Under the pieces are notes generated by a model. The model did no database searches, was not told the origin of the DNA, and was given only the letters and a program-made list of their open reading frames with translations. The translations under genes and the position numbers were made by a program. Positions 55,489-61,312 of a stretch of 61,312 bases of DNA are shown here, one piece after another. Source of the stretch: a virus (taxonomy: Duplodnaviria > Caudoviricetes); IMG/VR virus record IMGVR_UViG_3300025093_000022, positions 1 through 61,312 of that record; one strand, written 5' to 3'. Positions within the stretch are counted from its first letter, which is position 1, and every line of letters begins with the position of its first letter.

Positions 55489-56094
55489 TTATTTCTCTTT
55501 TAAAATATTTTTAATAGTAGATACACCAACATTATATAATTCAGCAAGTTCAAGTTGAGTTAACTTTCCTCTATTATAATAATATTTTATATTTTGTTTT
55601 TTAGTTTCTTTAAGCTCAGTAATAGTCTCAGCTATTCCTTTACGTTGTCTAATTCTATGAACTTTTTCAACTGATATACCATAAAATTCAGCAACATCCT
55701 TAGATTTTATACCCTTTTTAATCATAAAACCTATAGTATCTCTTTCAAAATTAGTAAGCTCTTTTTTATAATAAATAGGATCTTTTCTACATACTCTTTC
55801 ATTAAAATAAGAAAGTGCTTTCATAAACATTCTATCATTACTCTCTAAAAACTCTCTATATTTTCGTAAACCGTGAGTTATTGTTGCATGATTTCTACCT
55901 CCATATCTAGCTCCTATTTTACCAAGAGTCATAGCTGTAGTTGTATGTAAATATTCAAAACAAAGATATCTAGCAATAGCTGCTGCTGCAGACCCTCTAG
56001 TAGCTCTCGCCCCGTCTCCTTTATCTCCATATAAATCTTCTAAAGTAATATCAACAGCATCACAAGCTATTTGTTCAAAACTCCAATCTATCAT
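55489..56094 (-). CDS. DnaA domain IV-like HTH protein with two extra HTHs
   Basis: AIARYLCFEYL...MTLGKIGARYGGRNHATITHGLRK matches DnaA_C (ARQIAMYL...IG..FGGRDHTTV.HA); KDVAEFYGIS and ELAELYNVGVSTI HTHs. Confidence 0.7.
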   Translation of the reverse strand: MIDWSFEQIACDAVDITLEDLYGDKGDGARATRGSAAAAIARYLCFEYLHTTTAMTLGKIGARYGGRNHATITHGLRKYREFLESNDRMFMKALSYFNERVCRKDPIYYKKELTNFERDTIGFMIKKGIKSKDVAEFYGISVEKVHRIRQRKGIAETITELKETKKQNIKYYYNRGKLTQLELAELYNVGVSTIKNILKEK

Positions 56095-56318
56095 AAATCT
56101 TTTATTTTATATTTAAACCAATATAAACCTTGATATGTAGTTTTTAATTTATACATCCAACCCTCTCCTTCTGGTATTGGTTCATTTATAACTTCAGCTT
56201 CATGTCTATATCTAAATCCTAATATTTTAAAATACCAGGGCATAAATTTTATGTTGTAGCTTATTATATCTCCAGATTCAAAATCTTTTTTATTAAATTT
56301 TAAATTGTAAAATTTCAT
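56091..56318 (-). CDS. small protein resembling MCP residues ~105-150
   Basis: EVINEPIPEGEGWMYKLK vs MCP QIQSDPVPDGSYWVYTVK; FYNLKFNKKDFESGDII vs AFELVFAEQWFTDEHVI. Confidence 0.65.
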   Translation of the reverse strand: MKFYNLKFNKKDFESGDIISYNIKFMPWYFKILGFRYRHEAEVINEPIPEGEGWMYKLKTTYQGLYWFKYKIKDL

Positions 56319-56728
56319 ATATCTAACATTTTCATTAATTTTTTTAACTCTGATTTGTTTTTAATGTTACCTTGAAACACAAATTCACTGTTCCAATTAT
56401 AAATCTGTATAAACCAGAAACCATCTTCTAAATTATCATGTAAATACATTTGAAATTCATTATTTTTATCTCTATGATTATAAATAAAACAACTCATTGC
56501 AAACTTTTCACCATCTACCCAACCCAAACTCTTTATATCTTCTTGGTCTAGGTGTTTGACTCTCATTGATTTTAAGCCTATTTCCTGAATACCTCTTGCA
56601 GTATCAGCGAATCCATAGGTTTGTTTTCTCCATGTAGTATCTACAAGGTTATCATGTATGTCTTCTATTTCATACTCAAACCCAACATGGAACTCTTCTA
56701 TCTCTGGTGTGTAATACTTATCTTCCAT
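56315..56728 (-). CDS. hypothetical phage protein (YYTPxIEEFHVGFEYE type)
   Basis: 137-aa ORF; RVKHLDQEDIKSLGW and F.G.IKNKSELKKLMKML. Confidence 0.7.
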   Translation of the reverse strand: MEDKYYTPEIEEFHVGFEYEIEDIHDNLVDTTWRKQTYGFADTARGIQEIGLKSMRVKHLDQEDIKSLGWVDGEKFAMSCFIYNHRDKNNEFQMYLHDNLEDGFWFIQIYNWNSEFVFQGNIKNKSELKKLMKMLDI

Positions 56729-57308
56729 TATGTATTTTATTTAATTCAATAACTACTCTAGCAAATCCGCCTGCTTTAGGGGTTGCTATTAAATTTTCGG
56801 CTAAACTTAATTGAATAAGATCTATATCAACATCTTCATTTGAATATATTAGTACATCTCTATCAATTTTATCTATAAAGTCTTCTAATAGTTTAAAATT
56901 ATGTTCTTCTTTTTCAATAGACCAAGCTCTACCTGGAAAATGCATAGCTGTTACTATAACTATAGTTTTACTAGAATCATATTTGTTAATTTCATTTAAA
57001 TAAAAGTCAACATTACCTTGATTATCTAATCCTCTAACAATAGTCTCATCTCCTGTTCTAACATGAACTAAAACATGATTATTATCAAATAACTCTAATC
57101 TTTTAGATCTTTCTATTATTATCTTATAAAGAACTTCCAAATCAAATTTATCATGAGGAGTTTTAAAATACTCTTTCATAATACTATCTTTAAATTTAGA
57201 ATCACTTAATAATTCTTTGACTGTAAAATAGTCATCTGGAAAATTTAATAAATCATGTATTCTATAAACAGAATTGCCTTTTAGAATTTTTATATCACTT
57301 CTTCTCAT
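56718..57308 (-). CDS. glycosyltransferase family 11/23-like (fucosyltransferase-like) protein
   Basis: VLVHVRTGD (cf. HxRRGD), Y..., DIDLIQLSLAENLIA...GGF motifs. Confidence 0.5.
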   Translation of the reverse strand: MRRSDIKILKGNSVYRIHDLLNFPDDYFTVKELLSDSKFKDSIMKEYFKTPHDKFDLEVLYKIIIERSKRLELFDNNHVLVHVRTGDETIVRGLDNQGNVDFYLNEINKYDSSKTIVIVTAMHFPGRAWSIEKEEHNFKLLEDFIDKIDRDVLIYSNEDVDIDLIQLSLAENLIATPKAGGFARVVIELNKIHNGR

Positions 57309-57492
57309 AATTAGTAATTAATCGTTCTAAATACCACTTAGCCTTTTTAAGATCTTCAATTCCATTTTTATTCTTATATCTAGAAACATATTTAACGATA
57401 TTTCCTTGATAAAAATCTAACTCCATAGAATCTATTAAATCTATAGGTTGAATATCTTTACCTTTATAATGCTTTGGATTTATTTTATTCAT
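57295..57492 (-). CDS. DUF3310 (SaV-like / T7 gp1.7-related) protein
   Basis: INPKHY...IQPIDLI...FYQGNIVKYVSRY..KNGIEDLKKAKWYLERL. Confidence 0.85.
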   Translation of the reverse strand: MNKINPKHYKGKDIQPIDLIDSMELDFYQGNIVKYVSRYKNKNGIEDLKKAKWYLERLITNYEKK

Positions 57493-57782
57493 ATTTTATA
57501 ATTCTTTAAAAACAAAAGAAGGCCGGCCGGAGACAGACAGAGGGGGGGTGAGGGGTATCTTTCAAACCACACATCTAATTTTTCCATAAATTTATTTAGA
57601 TCTATATCATATTCTTTTTTAGGATCAAACTTTCCATTAGAAGCTTTTAACAGTTGCTCGTAATATTTTTTAGCCTTTTCTTGCTTAAAAATATAAGATG
57701 TAGTTTCTGATTTAGATTTTTCTTTAAAAGTTTTACTATGATGTTTTAATAAATCATCTATTGTTAAATTAACTTTCTTCAT
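57489..57782 (-). CDS. hypothetical protein
   Basis: 97-aa ORF overlapping its neighbours. Confidence 0.6.
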   Translation of the reverse strand: MKKVNLTIDDLLKHHSKTFKEKSKSETTSYIFKQEKAKKYYEQLLKASNGKFDPKKEYDIDLNKFMEKLDVWFERYPSPPLCLSPAGLLLFLKNYKI

Positions 57783-57990
57783 ACCCTTTTAAATTATGTT
57801 TAAACTTTGGGTAACCTTTCCAAACTCCTTCACCATCTTCATCTGTAGTACCATACCAAAAATTTAAAGTCTGCTTAAAAATATAAACTGTGGTAGGTTT
57901 TCCAAAACTAACTAGCTCTAAAGTACCAATGTATCTGCCCTCATATTTTATATAATCTATAAAATCATCTAACTTTATACTTTTATTCAT
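57769..57990 (-). CDS. hypothetical protein
   Basis: 73-aa ORF overlapping its neighbours. Confidence 0.6.
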   Translation of the reverse strand: MNKSIKLDDFIDYIKYEGRYIGTLELVSFGKPTTVYIFKQTLNFWYGTTDEDGEGVWKGYPKFKHNLKGYEES

Positions 57991-58402
57991 CTTTCAATTT
58001 ATTAATTTCATCAATAGTTAAAGCTCTAGTTATTTTACCATCTACAATTTCATATCCTTCAATACCAAAAAGTATTTGAGTTTTAACACCTTTCTCAATA
58101 ATTTCATCATCTATTTCATCATCTATTTCTCCCCACTCTAAACTTTCTTCTATAGTAGCTGGTTTACTATAAATATCACTTGATCTAGTAGCGTATGTAT
58201 AAGTTTCCCATTTAAACTCTTTATCTACAGGAACAGCATCCCACATATCTTTAAGCATTTTCTCCATCTTTTCAGATGTTAGCTTATCAGCTTTATATAC
58301 AGTAGAACTTTTTTCCATTTGAGCTAATATTCCATCACCTGTTTTTATAGAATCGTCATCCTCTATCTCAAGTCTTTTTGACTTAATCTTTTTCTTCTTC
58401 AT
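57983..58402 (-). CDS. protein whose N-half resembles MCP residues ~276-322
   Basis: IKTGDGILAQMEKSSTV...VPVDKEF vs MCP KKQGAGLRQQMEAANTV...LPTDKREF. Confidence 0.7.
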   Translation of the reverse strand: MKKKKIKSKRLEIEDDDSIKTGDGILAQMEKSSTVYKADKLTSEKMEKMLKDMWDAVPVDKEFKWETYTYATRSSDIYSKPATIEESLEWGEIDDEIDDEIIEKGVKTQILFGIEGYEIVDGKITRALTIDEINKLKDE

Positions 58403-58544
58403 CTATACCTAAATTAAAATTTTTATCTCCCTTTTTTATAACAATGGGCTTTTTTAGTAAACTAGGATTAGCTTTACCATTTCTGTCATAAAATATAAAA
58501 CCTAGAAAGTAAGTATCCCCTTTTTTAAAGCCTATTTTACTCAT
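58383..58544 (-). CDS. 53-aa protein resembling a conserved muzzle-protein motif (not in the ORF track)
   Basis: MSKIGFKKGDTYFLGFIFYDRNGKANPSLLKKPIVIKKGDKNFNLGIDEEEKD; fills the gap between UDG and 57983..58402, overlapping both. Confidence 0.65.
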   Translation of the reverse strand: MSKIGFKKGDTYFLGFIFYDRNGKANPSLLKKPIVIKKGDKNFNLGIDEEEKD

Positions 58545-59325
58545 TTTCTTCATCTTTAGGTGGTATTATTTCTATTTTATCATGTTCCATAAATAATGGG
58601 TTAGGCATTAAAGTAACTTTAGTCTCCCCATATTGTAGTGTCTGGAATCCATTTAACCAATTAATAGGTAATTTTAGATATTCATTACACTTACTAAAAG
58701 GTTTAGTACCAAAGAAGTTCTTACAACTAAATGGACTAGGATGTGCTGATTCTATAAATTTATGAGTAGGATTATTTAAATACTTCTTATATGATTTAGC
58801 ATGATTACCCCAAAGAATAAACACTAAATCATCTTTAGTATTTAAAGTTTTCATTACTTGTTTAGTAAATCCATTCCAATAATAAGCATGAGAACCAGGT
58901 TGCCCTTTAGTTACAGTCAAAGCTGTATTTAAAAGTAAAACACCTTGATCTACCCAATGTTGTAAAGTATAGTCAAAGCCTTCAACAGAACCTATATCGC
59001 TTTCTAACTCTTTAAAAATATTTTTTAGACTAGGTTGAACTCTATACCCTCCATCACAAGCAAATGCTCTACCAAGAGCTGCAGGTGTGTTATCATAGTA
59101 AGAGTTATGGTATGGATCTTGCCCAATAATCACAACTCTTACATCTGATAACGGTGTTTCATCAAAAACTCTAAATATATTTTCTTTTAAAGGATATACC
59201 TCACTAGTTTTTCTATCTTCAACTATTTTTTTATTTAATTGTTTAAATTCATCAGATTGAAAATAAGGCCATAAAGCATTAGCCCAATCTAATTGCATTA
59301 AACTTTGTAGTTTAGCTTTTGTCAT
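58537..59325 (-). CDS. ung: uracil-DNA glycosylase family 1 with C-terminal extension
   Basis: GQDPYH, QPSLKNIFKEL, QGVLLLNTALTV, FILWG and HPSP motifs. Confidence 0.92.
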   Translation of the reverse strand: MTKAKLQSLMQLDWANALWPYFQSDEFKQLNKKIVEDRKTSEVYPLKENIFRVFDETPLSDVRVVIIGQDPYHNSYYDNTPAALGRAFACDGGYRVQPSLKNIFKELESDIGSVEGFDYTLQHWVDQGVLLLNTALTVTKGQPGSHAYYWNGFTKQVMKTLNTKDDLVFILWGNHAKSYKKYLNNPTHKFIESAHPSPFSCKNFFGTKPFSKCNEYLKLPINWLNGFQTLQYGETKVTLMPNPLFMEHDKIEIIPPKDEENE

Positions 59326-59714
59326 ATTAAATGATTTTCTAACAAATATTCTTTAACTTTATCCCAATCAACATAAGGTCTATCTAATAAATTTTTTGGG
59401 TAAATTAGTGGACATCCTAATGCCGCATCATCAATATATAATTGACCATATGCCTTCGGAGAAGTTGTCCAAGTATGTTGTTCTGGATTTTTTTGAATAC
59501 CATATAGCTCTATATCATTAGTATCAAACCAATTTACAGCGTCACCTAATTCAGAACCATCTCTCATTGTAAATAAAATAAGATCATGTCCATTTTCTAT
59601 TAATTTTTTTAATATAGGAACTGCTCCAATATCTTCACCAACTTTAGGATATTTATGTTTTACACAAGTACCATCAAAATCAACACATATTTTTAATCTA
59701 TTTCCTGTTTTCAT
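59322..59714 (-). CDS. HAD-superfamily phosphatase-like protein (BT0820-like)
   Basis: ICVDFDGT motif I, LILFTMR motif II, K...LYIDD motifs III/IV. Confidence 0.8.
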   Translation of the reverse strand: MKTGNRLKICVDFDGTCVKHKYPKVGEDIGAVPILKKLIENGHDLILFTMRDGSELGDAVNWFDTNDIELYGIQKNPEQHTWTTSPKAYGQLYIDDAALGCPLIYPKNLLDRPYVDWDKVKEYLLENHLI

Positions 59715-59715
59715 A

Positions 59716-59961
59716 TTAAATTAATTTTTCTACTATTTCACATAACCATTTTTCCAATTCTTTATAGTTGTTACTACCTTCAACATATTCACATTGTAAT
59801 CCACCGAAATATCTATATTGATCTTTATATTCATCTTTACAAATACTATTTGATTTAGTATAAGAAAACATAAAAGATTTTCCAGTAATCATTATAGTAT
59901 CTTCTCCTAACTTATTTATAGTATAGTTTTTAAGTATCTCTTTCTTTTTCATATCATACAT
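59716..59961 (-). CDS. hypothetical protein
   Basis: 81-aa ORF within an operon. Confidence 0.6.
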   Translation of the reverse strand: MYDMKKKEILKNYTINKLGEDTIMITGKSFMFSYTKSNSICKDEYKDQYRYFGGLQCEYVEGSNNYKELEKWLCEIVEKLI

Positions 59962-60385
59962 AACTAAAATGTTTCTCTAACCATTTATTTAATTTAGTAG
60001 AGGATTCTTTAACTAGATGTATACATTCTCTAACATCTGTTTTAGGATACCAAACTACATAACCTTTATGAGTTCTAAGATCAATACCTTTACCGGAAGT
60101 TTTATTAGCTAGTACTTTATTGCCGGTATATTTTAACCAGTAATGCATACCATTGTTTTTAGTTTTATAATTAAAAGTAGAATCTAATTCTTCTATTATA
60201 TCATCAGGAATATTATCAAAACCATCAGTATCACCATGCCTATCGACATCTATTACAACATATCCTTTAGAAGGAGTAACGGCCAGAGAAAATCCCTCTG
60301 GCACATTACCCTTAAAATATGTTTCATCTGGCAACATCCCCCACTTAATAATAGGACGTTTGCCTTTAAGTAGGAAACTTTTCAT
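59954..60385 (-). CDS. stand-alone bifunctional DNA primase/polymerase (Prim-Pol) N-terminal domain
   Basis: KRP...W, VVIDVDRH, T..NGMHYW and GIDLRT..GYVV. Confidence 0.8.
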   Translation of the reverse strand: MKSFLLKGKRPIIKWGMLPDETYFKGNVPEGFSLAVTPSKGYVVIDVDRHGDTDGFDNIPDDIIEELDSTFNYKTKNNGMHYWLKYTGNKVLANKTSGKGIDLRTHKGYVVWYPKTDVRECIHLVKESSTKLNKWLEKHFSYV

Positions 60386-60388
60386 ATT

Positions 60389-60739
60389 TTAAAATTTATA
60401 CATTTTTTTAGCTTCAGAAGTTCTCCAATAATTACCGTAATTATTATTATAAGCATAATTTAAAACTCTTTCTAACTCTTCTACATACGCTTTTCTATAA
60501 CCAGTAGTTTTAGCTGGTCTTCTAATAAAAGATTTATCTACTGCTATATTTAAATCTTCATAACTAAATTCAAAAGCAGGATCGCTATTTTCTTTTTGAA
60601 TTTCTTCTTCTAAGTAAATAGCGAAGCCACATAAAGCTACACAAGCCCCATTAAGCCCACTTCCACTATCGTTAAAGTTCAACCCATTATCTATTACAAA
60701 CTTTGTTAGTGTCTGTATTCCTTGTTCTTTACTCTTCAT
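60389..60739 (-). CDS. hypothetical protein
   Basis: 116-aa ORF. Confidence 0.65.
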   Translation of the reverse strand: MKSKEQGIQTLTKFVIDNGLNFNDSGSGLNGACVALCGFAIYLEEEIQKENSDPAFEFSYEDLNIAVDKSFIRRPAKTTGYRKAYVEELERVLNYAYNNNYGNYWRTSEAKKMYKF

Positions 60740-60748
60740 ATCAATATT

Positions 60749-60961
60749 TTAAATATCTGAATAAGGATTGTCTTTCACCCATTCAGCCAAGAATTTTTCT
60801 AATTCACCTGGTTCTAAACCAAGTTCTTCAAATTTATCTTTACTACCAATTCTACTCCAAGTTTCTCTAATGTTTTTTAATTCACCTGGAGACAAGTTTT
60901 CTGGATTTTGTAAAGAGTTCAACAAATCATCTATTGTTGGTTTTTTAACTTTTACTGCCAT
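60749..60961 (-). CDS. hypothetical protein
   Basis: 70-aa ORF with an internal LSPGEL/LEPGEL repeat. Confidence 0.6.
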   Translation of the reverse strand: MAVKVKKPTIDDLLNSLQNPENLSPGELKNIRETWSRIGSKDKFEELGLEPGELEKFLAEWVKDNPYSDI

Positions 60962-60962
60962 A

Positions 60963-61312
60963 TTATATTTCTTTAATTTTCACTTTTAACAATTCTAATT
61001 GTTCATCAGTAATTTCATGTGTTTCTAACCACAATTCACAAAGTTGCTTAACAATTAAAGTATTTCTTTGAGTAACTTTTAATTTTTCATTAAAGTTATC
61101 CGAATTGAAAATACTATGATAGTCTTGTAATCTTTGTATTAACTCTATATACTTTTGAACTAACGCATCTGTATTATATCCTCTTCTGTGATATTTAAAA
61201 CATCTTTCTAACTGTCTTAGTATTCTACTAATTTGCCAAATCTCATTACTATAGAAAACAGTATTCCATTTGTTCCAAGTAGCAACTTTTTTACCTTTAT
61301 TTTCAGATAAGT
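60963..61312 (-). CDS. partial hypothetical protein (5' end outside window)
   Basis: Open frame LSENKGKKVATWNKWNTVFYSNEIWQ...LKVKIKEI ending at TAA 60963-60965. Confidence 0.65.
   Translation of the reverse strand, partial: LSENKGKKVATWNKWNTVFYSNEIWQISRILRQLERCFKYHRRGYNTDALVQKYIELIQRLQDYHSIFNSDNFNEKLKVTQRNTLIVKQLCELWLETHEITDEQLELLKVKIKEI

Noticed and set aside
60768-60989. Plus-strand 73-aa ORF
   Set aside because: It is the antisense shadow of 60749..60961 in an otherwise minus-strand operon.
1-61312. Stop-codon reassignment (TAG or TGA), known in some crAss-like phages
   Set aside because: Genes are full length and tightly packed under code 11, and TAG and TGA both serve as real stops (e.g. 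10890, 17037, 2342).
61270-61312. Apparent frameshift at an A-run near the window end
   Set aside because: The run is six A on the minus strand, which keeps the frame open; it is simply a partial gene.
1-61312. tRNA genes, CRISPR arrays, integrase/transposase, DGR reverse transcriptase
   Set aside because: None recognised; intergenic gaps are short and largely accounted for by terminators, leaders or small ORFs.

Overview
This window is a large piece of an AT-rich crAss-like phage (Crassvirales-type podovirus) genome. The host is probably Bacteroidota: there are no Shine-Dalgarno motifs, the leaders are A-rich, and TAnnTTTG-type promoter boxes occur. It uses the standard genetic code. Bases 1-53541 (+ strand) hold the late/virion module: small ORFs and a GroES-like co-chaperonin, terminase, portal, putative scaffold, major capsid protein (MCP), ring/hub/fibre proteins, a lysis cassette (amidase plus several membrane proteins), three paralogous fibre-like genes, a DEDDy exonuclease, an IHF-like protein, tail tubular and muzzle proteins, and four injected cargo proteins. 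One cargo protein is a 4426-aa virion RNA polymerase that also carries two HExxH zincin motifs, a complete SF1B (Dda/RecD-like) helicase and an ADP-ribosyltransferase-like domain. After a bidirectional terminator, 53578-61312 (- strand) holds small non-structural genes (DGQHR/ParB-like, DUF932-like, DnaA domain IV-HTH, GT11-like, DUF3310, UDG, HAD, prim-pol). The most striking observation is that several small genes outside the virion core encode stand-alone fragments resembling this phage's own structural proteins: three different MCP segments (56091-56318, 57983-58402, and the UDG C-terminal tail), a muzzle motif (an unannotated 53-aa ORF at 58383-58544), and possibly MCP-like paralogs at 578-1381. 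This suggests an undescribed structural-protein mimic/decoy system. All similarities were seen by eye and need HMM or structure confirmation.
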